A stretch of DNA of 64,000 bases from Camelus ferus (Eukaryota), in assembly GCF_009834535.1 (NCBI RefSeq), contig NC_045696.1, positions 93,250,001 through 93,314,000 of the forward strand. The letters run 5' to 3'. Made by a program: the position numbers and the translations under genes. Within the stretch, counting starts at the first letter, position 1; every line of letters begins with the position of its first letter. Shown here in pieces: positions 53,784 through 64,000 of the stretch. Below the pieces are notes generated by a model that worked only from the letters and a program-made list of their open reading frames with translations, had not been told where the DNA came from and made no database searches.

Positions 53784-54636
53784 GATTTATCTTTCTCTTT
53801 TTTTGCCCAGTATTATGTTTGTGAGATTTATTCATGCTGTTGTGTGCAGTTTTAGTTTGTTCAGTCTTATTACTGTATGGTATTCCATTGTGAGCTTATC
53901 ACATTTTCCCCCATTTTATGGTTGAGGCATTTGAGCAGTTTCCAATTTGGAAAGGCTATGAACCTATTTTATATACCTTTTGGTGAACATGTGAATACAT
54001 TTGTGTTGGGTATGTATCTAGAAGTTGAATTTCTGGGTCATGGAGTATGCATATAATCAGGTTTAGTAGAAAGGTGCTACCAAACAATTTTGCAAGATGG
54101 CTGAACTAAATTTATGTTAGCAATCTGTGACATTGCTGGTCATTCCAGATCCTTGCCAACTCAGTCTTTTTCATTTTAGCTATATGTCTGTTGGCTATTT
54201 GGATATCCTCTTTTGGGAGGCACTCATTGAAGTCTTTAGCCCATTTTCTTACATGGTGAATTTCTAACAAAATGATATGAGAGAGCACACAGGAAAGGCC
54301 ATCTGCCTGTGATTGTCCGGAGCTTGACTTAACTCCTCCCATTCATGCATAATTAGGGGAACAAGAGTATTCAAACCAAAGCTCTGAGGAAGAAAAAACT
54401 GGGTCTCAGTAACATGGAAGGAAGATAAAAAGAATGTATCAAGATTATTTAGGACCAAAAGAAAGTTTTGACAAAACAATGTAAATGAATAATAAATTGA
54501 CAAAAAGAAATGGCATGAAAGCTACACAAAAAGCACTATAATAAAAAATAATTTTAAAATACAGTATAAAAAAACCCAACAGATAATATATACTATATTT
54601 TTTAAAGAGCCAAAGAAATAAAGGTAAACCCCACAC

Positions 54637-56440
54637 TGTATTAGTCCTAGAGCTGTCATAACAAATTACCACAAACTGGGTGACTTAAAACAATAGAAAT
54701 TACTCTCACAGTTTTGGAGGATAGCTTTTGGTGACTTCTGGAAATCCTTAGCAATCCTCTCTATCTGTGAACCTGTGAAACTAGAAAACTAGTTATCTGC
54801 TTCAAAATACAATGGTAGAACAGGTAAAGGGTTGACATACCCATTCCCACAGGGAAAAATTGGAAGGAATAAAGGCGTTTCAAGCAAGTCTGAATCTCAG
54901 TAGGACAAATTCCATTAAATTCAAGAGTTGGGAACAATCATCTAAGACTTGATGCTCCATCCTCTGGGCCTACAGCAGTGGCCACACCCCCTCTGCCTCT
55001 GGTAATGGCCCTTCCCTTTCTGACCTCTGTCTTTGCACCTGCAGCTCTACGCTTGGAGTCATTCTTCTTTTTTCTTAGGTTAGAACATATTTGCAGTCAA
55101 GTAGCTTTATCAGCCCAGTTTTTTTGCTTTTAGAGTCTCAGAGTCTGACAGTCTTCTTTCATTTTGTCTCATCGTTCACTCTTTCAGTCCAGGCTGCCAG
55201 TGTTTCTGCTGGTATAACATTCTCAAAAGCCTAGTTTGCCTCTCACTCAATTGATAGCAGTCCAAGCCTCAGACAAGAAAGTCCTCCACAAATCTTTCCT
55301 TGATAACTTCATCTCTATTCCTGACTCTTGTTAAGATGGTTGAGCTGATTCATGAGTTACATACCTAATCTCTTCAGCAAAAATCTGTCCAGAATCCTCG
55401 GTCTGTCTCTAGAGCATGCTTTCTAAATAGACTGAGAATTTTCCAAATCATCAAATTCTGTTTCCTTTTTAACAGTTCCTTCTTCAATTTATCTCTTTCT
55501 CCTCATATTTTACCATTTTACTATAAGCAGCAAGGAGAAACTAAGTGAAACTTTCCACACTTTGCTTGGAAATATCCTCAGCTAATTATCCAAGTTCATC
55601 ACTTACAAGTTTTCTACCAAACTACAGAACACAATTCAGCCAAAGTTTCTGGCACTTTATAACAAGGGTTATCTTTCTTCCATTTGACAAAAACATGCTT
55701 CATTTCCATCTGAGACCTCATCAAAAGCACCTTTGATGTTCATATTTCTACCAACATTCTGTTCATGATGAAATATGTATTCTCTAAGATTATTGTCTAC
55801 CATGCTCCTAAATTCCATCTGAGCCCTCAGCAGAATTGCCTTTCACATTCACATTTCTACCAACCACCTCTTCAAGGCAATCTAGACTTTTTCTATGAAG
55901 TGCCTCAAAATTCTTCCAGCCTCTGTTTCCCCATTCTAAAGCCCTTCCACATATTTAGATCTGTTAGAGCGGCACTTTACCTTCCAGTACCAACACCTGT
56001 GTTAGTTTCTTAGTGCTGCCATAACAAGTTACCACAAACTGAGTAGCTTAAAAAAATTTATTCTTTCACGCTTCAGGCCAGGAACCCAAAATCAAGTGAG
56101 AACAGGCTTGGTTCTTTCTGGAGTTTGAGGGAGAAACTCTCCCATGCCTCCCTCCTAGCTTCTGGTGGTTGCTGGCCATCCTTGGCATTCCTTGGCTCAT
56201 AGAAGCACTATTACTGCCTCTGTACCCATCTTTACATGACCTTCCTCTCTGTGTCTCTCTGTCCTTTTCTGTCTTAAATAAAAGCAGTCTTACGGGATTC
56301 AGGGCCCACTCTAATCCAGCATAATCTCATCTAAATTCTTAGATTAATTACATCTGCAAAGACCCTATTTTCAAATAAGGTTACACTTTGAGATTCTGGG
56401 TGGACATCAATTTTGGGGGCACACTATTCAGCCTACTACT
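54637..56440 (-). mobile_element. MaLR element with internal region: partial LTR (54637-~54760), internal (~54760-55997), LTR (55998-56440)
   Basis: Two related MLT1 LTR ends (CATAACAA.TTACCACAAACT) flank MaLR-internal-like sequence (AGTTATCTGCTTCAAAATACAATGGT). Confidence 0.75.
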
Positions 56441-56449
56441 CACCATGTG

Positions 56450-59400
56450 AGACTTGACCATAAGAAAATTAAGAACATGAATTTATGAAAGAAAAGAGAG
56501 AGGGATTAAAAAATAGATAATAAACTAATAGAAAAAGATAAAATGGGAGATTTCAGGGCTAATGAAACAAACTGAAGGTGCTCAATACAAAGGTAATGAA
56601 TAAATTAGAATTAGTACAGATTAGAATAGGCATGTTAAAAATGGGTTTTTGGTGGGGAGGGGAGCAGTGTGGTTATAGCTCAGTAGTAGAGTGTGTGCTT
56701 AGAATGTGTGAGGCCCTGGGTTCAATCTCAGTATTTCCATTAAAAAAAAATAGAGTTATTTGAAAAAGTTTGGGATAATCACAGTGACTTGATATAAAAA
56801 GACAAAGAGATTAAAGCAATTAGAGTGCATGTAATAGATATGGAGAACAAAAATCAATTTCACACAAAAATCTTCAACGTCTATGAATAAGATAAGCTAA
56901 ACACTGAAATAGAAAAAAGTATTCAATGATAGAATAAAGAGTATTTTTATAAGAAGAAAGAAGAACTGAAACTACTGATTAAAAGGCCTACCACGTTCTG
57001 CAAAAAACTGGATACAGGGTGTTCATTATCAAAGAATGTTCTGAAGAAGTTGCTGAACTTCAAGGACAAAGAATTCTGCAAGGATGTAGGTATAAAAAGG
57101 CTACATTCAGGAAATTTTAGACTTCCTATGATTTTACAGTAAGTCAATCTCTATTAAGTTCTGAGGAAAGAGTTAATGAAAAATTTTATGCAAGCTTTGT
57201 CATGTAAACACAAAGGCAAGAAGTATTAAAGTAATGCAAAAACCTCAAGAAATATAATTACCACAATCCATCTCTATAAACTGATTAGAATGAAAAAACT
57301 GAAAAGCAAACAAGCAAACAAACAAAATGTTTTGAATTGTTCAAGGACTCTGGGAAAAAAAAGTTAGGCTGTAGGAGAGGGAAAACTGAGTGAAATGTTC
57401 CACATGGGGTGAGTTTCCCATTTATTTATAAATTTACTTTACCTTTGTGGCTCTGCTCCAAGAGGAGGCCCCATAGAAATCAGAAAAGGGGGCCATCACA
57501 AGATGAAGAGTGTGTGTTGAGGGGAAATTCTGGGAAGGAGAAACTCAGAGAGGAGGATTTCTAATTCTGTATATGATCCTATACAGGTCTCAGCCTAACC
57601 TCTGATCCACGCACACAGAAAGATCTTCAAAATGGAACTAAGCTTTGAACCATATGCATGAGTCTCAGCTTTAACTCAGGAATAATGGCCTTCTGGAATG
57701 ATGCCTACCCAAGAAAGCCCCAAAGGCTTGAAAAGAGCTGAACTAAAAATTAGACTCCTCAAAAAATTCTCATACTAACCCAGGAACTATAAGCGCACGG
57801 GCCAGACCTAAAAGAGATTAGCACTCTCGGAGAAAACTGAACTGAGATTTAAATTACCACTCACAGAAATGAGACAGATCTTACTGTTTAAATAATATTG
57901 ATTTCTCCAGAAGATTACAAGAGGACTCAGTTTACACATCATACCTTTCATAATGTCCAGGATACGGCAGAAAATTATTCTGCATACCAAGAATATGCAT
58001 CTAACTTTCAAGAACAAAAGACAATGAACGACTGTCATCCCTGAGATGTACCTAGGCATTGGAACTATCAGACTTAATGCAGCTATTGTATATTACAAGT
58101 ATGTAACATGATGTAGAAAAACACTCCTGAAAAAAGTGGAATGAGCAGAAGTTTCATGTGACATGTAGAGACTATAAAAAAGAACCAGAAGAAAATTTTA
58201 GAAAAGATACATATAATAAAATTCTTAAAAACTTACTGATAGGTAGGCTCACAAGGTGAATGGAGATGACAGAAGAACAAGTCAGTAAACTTGAAGGTAA
58301 ATCAATACAAGTTATCCAATCTGAAACAAAAAGAGAAAAAAGATTTTAAAAATTAAAAAAAACCCTCAGCTCTCAAAGTTGACAATGAGATAACATCAAA
58401 GGTCTAACATACATGAATAGATGCCCAAAGAGTCAGTGCAAGAGATATAGAGGCACAAAAAATAGTTGAAGAAAAATAAATGGCTGATTTTTTTTAAATT
58501 TGGTAAAAGACATAAATTTATAGATTCAAGAAGATCAGCAAACCCCAAACAAGATACATTTAAAAATACCAAGAAAAACAAGAGAAATGAAAAAAAATAC
58601 TTTGGACTGAATTACAATGAAAAGACAACATATCAAAATTTATGAGATAAAGTGGTAAGAGGGAAATTTGATTTTAAAACTGATATTAGAAGAAAAAAGA
58701 AATATCTAAAATCAATACCTAACATTCTACTTCAAAAAGCTAAAAAAAAAAAAAAACAGAGAGAGAGAGAGCGCAAAATAAACCCAAAGTCAGCAGAGGG
58801 AAGAAAATAATAAAGAAAAACATAAAAATCAACAAAGTAGAAAACAGAAGACAACAGAGAAAATTAACGAAGAAAAAAGTTGTTTCATTGAAAAAACCAA
58901 CAAAATCAGCAAACTCTTAGGTAAAATGATCAAGAAAAGAGAAAAAAAATCAATTGTTACGATCATAAATAAAAAAGATATCAGCAAAGAGTCTACAACT
59001 GTTAAAAAATAATTAATTAAAATAAAATAAAAAAAAAAACCTTCAAACCCCAACTACCTGAAAATTTACACTTTTACTTAAAAGATCTTTTTGGTAAAGA
59101 AGAAATCAAACCAAATTTGCTGAAGACGTATTAGTGGTACTCTCTGAAAAAACAGTCCAAACGGTTTCATAGATAATCCAACCTGATTTAAACTATTTCA
59201 GTGAACAGTAAAGGAAGGAAAGCTTCCAATTTCTACATACTAGTTCAGGAGAAAAATCATACCAAAATTTGCCTCCTCACACATACTACAAAATTAATTT
59301 CACTCATAATAGTGATACAAATATCTTTAAAAAATTTGTAAATAGCATTACATGGTCAATTAAGGGATATTACTTTCTGGCCTGGTGACGTTCATCCCAA

Positions 59401-60500
59401 GAATGCAAAAATGTTTACATATTAAGAAATTAATGAATATAATTCCTCATAATACTGGGCTAAGAGAGGAAAACTGATTATCCCATACCTAATAGGTACT
59501 GAAGATACTTTACAAATATCCAGCATAGAGAAACTACTTAATAGAGAAATACTATAAACATTCAAATTAAAGTCAGGATAAAGGCAAGGATTCCCAATGT
59601 TAGCACTAATATTTTTCAGGAAGTAATAACCAGTCCAATTTAAACAGAAGAAAACAGTTGCATAAATACTGGAAAGAAAAAAATGGAAAAAAGAGAAAAA
59701 TTACCATTTGCAGATGAGATAATTATCTACCTAGATAATTTTAAAGAATCACCCAAACCCCTTAAATTAGTAAAATAAATTATATCAAGATGGTTACTTG
59801 CAAAATTAACATACAAAAGTTAGAACCTTTCCTAACAGAACAATAACATGTTAGATTAAAAAAAAAAAGAAAAAATCTAATTTACAATGGCTATAAAAAG
59901 ATAAATAGTTAATAAGAAACAGAATTTATAGGACTTTAATGACTACATTTTAAAACTTCTTTTGAGATTGATAGAGGAAATGATACTTTGTTTATGGATA
60001 GGTAAAAAAATGATCAACTCATGATCAACTAGTAATTATTAGTTTAAGCCAGTCAATTTCATTAAAACACCAAAAGATTTTAGGGGGAATTAAACAAAGT
60101 GTTACCAGAGTAAATTTGTGAATGTAAACATGTGAGTATAGAAATGATAATTTTGGAAAAGTAATGAAAGAAGACCAGTCTACCAGATAATAAAATGTGT
60201 AATTAAGTTAAAAAACCTAAAAGAGTTTGGTCCTATAGAAGAAATAGATCTAGGAAAAAAGAACCAAATGACAGACTTGGGTATTTGTAAGAGATAGAAT
60301 CTACAAATAGAGATTTTTCTAAATTTACAGTTTACACAAATTGCCAGTTAAAAGAAAATATAGTAGAGAAACATGCAAAAGTGATAAATACTTAATAGAA
60401 AAAGGAGTATAAATGGCCAAAAAACAGGAAAAAATATTCACTTTCACTCACAATTAGTCAACAAAAGCAAAAGCAGTGATCTTTCTCATCTTTTAGATTA
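56450..60500 (+). mobile_element. Old L1/HAL1-like fragments
   Basis: A-rich degenerate ORF1- and ORF2-like segments. Confidence 0.65.
56651..56750 (+). mobile_element. tRNA-derived SINE (short form)
   Basis: TATAGCTCAGTAGTAGAGTG...GGCCCTGGGTTCAATCT followed by poly-A. Confidence 0.85.
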
Positions 60501-60649
60501 ACAATAGTTACTTAAAATTTTTGAATCATGGCATTATGACTATAGGAAGAATCAAGATAAGGTAAAAGATTTTAGTAAGTTTTAAAATGTATTTCATTTC
60601 AAAGATAGGGCTAAAAGTCTTTAGCCAGTCTTTTTTTTTTTTTTTTTTC

Positions 60650-61070
60650 TTTTGACACAATTTTGAACTTACAGAAAAGTTGTAAGGATAGTCTAAACAA
60701 ATTCTGGATTCTTTTTATTCAGATTCTCCCAATTAGTAATATTTGCTACATTTGCTCTATCTTTTCTTTCTTTCTCTGTCTTGCTCTCCCTGTCTTTCTA
60801 TTGGTCTCTTTACATGTACACACATACATATGTATATGTAATATACATGTATGTGTATATGTATACACACACAGATGTATATACGTATATTTAATTTTAT
60901 ACTTACACATTATTCTTTTTCTGAACCATTTAAGAGTAAGTTGCAGACATAATATACCTTTCCCCTCAAACACTTCATTGTGTATTTTCTAAAGACAAGC
61001 AATTCCCTTACATCACAACAGTAAAATGATCAAAATCAGGAAATTGCCTTCAGTACAATAGCATAATTTA
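60650..61070 (-). mobile_element. L1MC/MD-type 3' end, reverse orientation, with an embedded TA/CA microsatellite
   Basis: Poly-T followed by TTTTGAACTTACAGAAAAGTTG...CTGAACCATTTAAGAGTAAGTTGCAGACAT. Confidence 0.7.
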
Positions 61071-61199
61071 ACTGGCAAATAAATTTTATGGAGATTCCTT
61101 TGGACAGTTTTCACAAATTCAAAGATCTAGCTTATTATCTTTCCCAACAATGTTATTGAAATAAAAGTGGCCATTTTAAAACTGAGAGCTAATCATTCA

Positions 61200-62165
61200 G
61201 TATCAGTTGACTGAATCTCATTTTAAATGTATAATCATTTCCCTCAAGCAAACCCTGGTGCTACTGCCGGATAATTCTACCATATATCCCTGATCTATTT
61301 AATTCCCACTCTCCTAAATGATACCGTTTCCATTTTTGTCAAGTTGCTGCAACTCTCTTGCCTCTCTTCCATCTCAGCTGATGGTCCAACTTTGTATTTC
61401 ACTGAGAGAACAGAAGCCCCTAGAAGAGCACCCTGACATGTTCCCACCATAAAGCCTGCCAGACCACCTGGTACCCACATTCTCTGCCTTACTCTCCTGC
61501 TACTATGAAGGGGTTATTTCTCCTCCTAGTTACACTTGACTCTTCCTCTTGCCATTGGGTCTAACTCCCATCTTCACTTGCCTCCTCCAGGATTTGGAGT
61601 CTGCAGTTTTCTCTCCCCACTTTTGCATCATCAATGTTTTCTTCTTCGTTGGATTCATCCACATCATCACACAAACCTGACTTAATGTACCCCCACCACA
61701 GTCACTCCCAGCTACCACCCATTTCCCTGTAACAAAGCTAAAGAGTTCTGTGTGCTCTTCTCCCATTCTCCCTTGAACCCACTCTGGGCTTATTCTCCGC
61801 TACAATTCTACCACAGATCTTTTTCTTATCAAGATCATCAACAACCTACATTGTCAGATTCAATGAACATTTTCTAATGCTCAGCTCACCTGACCTACCA
61901 GCAGCATCTGACACAGTTGATCACTCCCTCCCTCCTTCTCAAAACACTTTCTTCCCTTGGTTTCTGGATGACTTCTTTCAGTGGTTTTCCTGTCTTTTTC
62001 ATCACTACTTTTCAGTCTCCTTTGTTGATTCTTCCTTATATTTCTGAACTCTACCCATTGGAGTTCTCCTGGGTTCAGTTCTCTGACCTCTTCCTTTCCT
62101 ATTTCAATCCTACATGAATTCACTCAGTTTCAAGATTTGGACATCATCTGTATAATGATGTCTGC
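61200..62165 (+). mobile_element. L2 LINE fragment (continues at ~63460-63655)
   Basis: GACCTACCAGCAGCATCTGACACAGTTGATCACTCCCTCC, the L2 RT-region DLSAAFDTVDHS-like motif. Confidence 0.8.
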
Positions 62166-62529
62166 CAGTTGCAGGACAGAGTGTTAAAGCCATAAGCTCT
62201 GGAACTGGACTACCTGACTTTGAAACTTGCCCTCCATCACTTACTAGCTCTTTAAATATAGGCAGAATAGTTAACTTCTTTGTGCCTCATTTTCCTCATC
62301 TACAAAGTGAGGATAATTATAGTACTTATCTACCAATTTTGTGAGAATTTGTATTAGCCAAACTTTACCTGGAAAACATAAACCACTTTAAGTATTTACA
62401 ACAAAGGGAACTTAATGCATTTGTTAGTAACACAACTGATTAGAAGAGTTGAGAAGCCAATCAAAGGCTAATGAGGAAATCCAAATATAGTAACAACAAT
62501 GATCTACTACCACTACCTGGAGGGACAAA

Positions 62530-63445
62530 GCAAGACTTACTATAAAACTATAATATTCAAGACAGTGTGAAATTGCCATGAGAATACACATGCAGATCAA
62601 TGCAATGGAACAGAGAATCCAAAAATAGTCCCTCACATCAATGGTCAATTGAATTTTGAAAAAATGTGCCAAAATAATTTAATGGGGAAAGTAAATTATT
62701 TTCAACAAATCATACTAGAAACCTGTATATCCACTTGGCAAAAAATAAACTGCATACCACATATAAAAACTAACTTAAAATAAATCACAGAGATACACTT
62801 GAAAGTTAAAACTATAAAACGTCTAGAAGAAAACATAGGAAAAAGTTTTTGCAACCCTAGGGTAAGCAAACATGTTTTGGACATAAAAAACACAAACCAG
62901 AGAAGAAATCTGATAAATCAGACTTCAACAAAATTAAAAGTTCTGCTCTTCAAAATAAAAGGCAAATGACAGACTGAGAGAAAATATTTCCTATGTATAT
63001 ATCTTATGAAGGATTAATATCCAGAATGTAGTAAGAACTTTTACAACTCAGTAATAAAAAGGCAAACACTACCGAGCAATAAAAGGAAATGACCTACAAA
63101 TACAACATAGATGAAATCACAAAAATCTTGCTCTGGGTGAAAGAAATCAATCCAAAAGATTACATACTATATGATCACATGTATCTGAAACTCTTGAAAA
63201 GACAAATCCAAAGTTACAGGCACAGAGAGCAGAACAGTTGTTGCCTGGGATGTGCGGTGACTGAGAAGTAGACCAGAACAGGGCCCAGGGGAAATTTTGG
63301 AGATGACAAAAAACATTTTATATCTTGACTGCAATGGTAGTTACACCAGTATATAATTTGCTAAAACTCATTAAACTAAACACTTTAAATTGGTGCATTT
63401 TATTATTTGAATTATACCTCAATGAAGTTGATTTTTTAAATTAAA
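62530..63445 (+). mobile_element. L1 ORF2/3' fragments
   Basis: GATCAATGCAATGGAACAGAGAATCCA...CTAGAAGAAAACATAGGA... followed by a 3' tail. Confidence 0.82.
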
Positions 63446-63654
63446 AAGAATTTAATATGTCTGAACATGATTTTTAAATTTTTCCTGAAAACCTGCTGCT
63501 CTCACAATCCTCCCCATCTCAATATACAACAAATCTATTTCTCCAGTTGCTCAGGCCATACATATTGGAGTCTTTCTTGACTCTTCTCTTTCTCTTACAT
63601 CTCACCTCCAATCCATTAGCAAACTCCATCAGCTCTGCCTTCAAAATACATCCT

Positions 63655-64000
63655 GTTAGTGGGAATGTAAATTGGTGCAATCACTGTAGAAAACAGTCTA
63701 CTAATTTGTAAATACATGTGTATCCATGCTCACTGTAGCATATTTACAACAGCCAAGATAGGGAAACAACCCAAGTGTTCAACAATGGGTGAATAATGGA
63801 TAAAGAAGTTGTAAAGTTGTAAAGAACTCCCAGTTCTCTTTTCATCCCAGTGCCTTAACAAAATCTCAACTTAATCAAGTCATATATACAATGGAATGTT
63901 ATTCAGCCATAAAAAAGAATGACATCTGGCCATTTGCTACAATACAGATGGAACTTAAAGGCATTATGCTAAGTGATTAAAAGACAGAGAAAGACAAATA
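63655..64000 (+). mobile_element. L1 ORF2 C-terminal fragment
   Basis: GGGAATGTAAATTGGTGCAA...ATTCAGCCATAAAAAAGAATGA. Confidence 0.82.

Overview
Mammalian genomic DNA containing the 5' end of the neprilysin gene (MME/CD10/NEP) on the minus strand. Eight copies of a tRNA-derived SINE resembling camelid Vic-1 suggest a camelid source, though this is an inference. A CpG-island promoter at about 26.4-27.5 kb carries at least three alternative non-coding first exons. These splice to the first coding exon (22515-22684; cytoplasmic tail plus TM anchor), which is followed by a 36-nt micro-exon (21740-21775). Positions 1-21739 lie in the long next intron; I did not see the next exon in the window. Positions above about 29 kb are repeat-dense upstream DNA (L1, L2, MIR, MaLR/ERV LTRs, DNA transposon fossils). 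Almost all ORFs in the supplied track are spurious. I found no clearly new gene system. The best leads are upstream ORFs in the alternative first exons (two end in a TAATG stop/start overlap with the MME initiator), an intact solo LTR about 1.75 kb upstream of the promoter, a run of non-B-DNA-forming tracts next to the promoter, and an inverted duplication inside an old L1. Comparisons with human sequence and repeat-family names come from memory and need database confirmation.
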